From positions 7,192,001-7,256,000 of the forward strand of contig NC_043020.1 of NCBI RefSeq assembly GCF_006345805.1: DNA of 64,000 nt, given 5' to 3'. This stretch comes from Octopus sinensis. Lineage: Eukaryota. Below the pieces are notes generated by a model. The model saw nothing but the letters and a program-made list of their open reading frames with translations, had not been told where the DNA came from and did not search any database. This document shows positions 63,929 to 64,000 of this stretch, one piece after another. How positions within the stretch are numbered: position 1 is the first letter of the stretch; each line of letters opens with the position of its first letter. The translations under genes and the position numbers were made by a program.

Positions 63929-64000
63929 AAGAAACTGTGTGGAAGCCTGTCATATCATCATCATCATCATTTAGCATCCATTTTCCATGCTGGCATGGGT

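Noticed and set aside
58280-64000. PIGU exon 2 (expected ..EG....G.SPY.G..FHE)
   Set aside because: No such peptide found in any + frame of the unique segments; presumably beyond the window.

Overview
AT-rich, repeat-saturated animal genomic DNA. The inference is a coleoid cephalopod, most likely Octopus, based on the tRNA-headed SINE families, RTE/CR1/Tx1 LINE fragments, dense (TA)n/(CA)n/(TAGA)n/(TACA)n microsatellites and TTAGGG-type repeats. Almost all ORFs in the supplied track are microsatellite or repeat artefacts. The only host gene I can support is the first coding exon of PIGU (57719-57848, +, 130 nt, GTAAGT donor), whose intron 1 runs off the right end. A SINE-free, CpG-rich 7-kb island (25.6-32.5 kb) carries TATA/exon/donor signals for an unidentified minus-strand transcript. 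The rest is mobile DNA: at least four SINE-like families, RTE, CR1 and Tx1/L1-like LINE 3' ends, mariner, maT-like and Merlin-like transposase remnants, and several MITEs. Most interesting structure: (1) short Penelope-like inserts in (TA)n tracts that begin with a self-complementary head of variable length (8, ~20, ~60 and 98 bp), some carrying minimal hammerhead-ribozyme cores; (2) a SINE family that shares its 3' tail with a Tx1/L1-like LINE, swaps between two tails, and forms head-to-tail multimers and a 251-bp tandem array; (3) a head-to-head dimer of a MITE whose interior is telomeric repeat, itself hit by a hAT MITE; (4) local templated duplications, one of which copies a perfect RFX X-box. 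All family assignments are from motif recall, not database searches.
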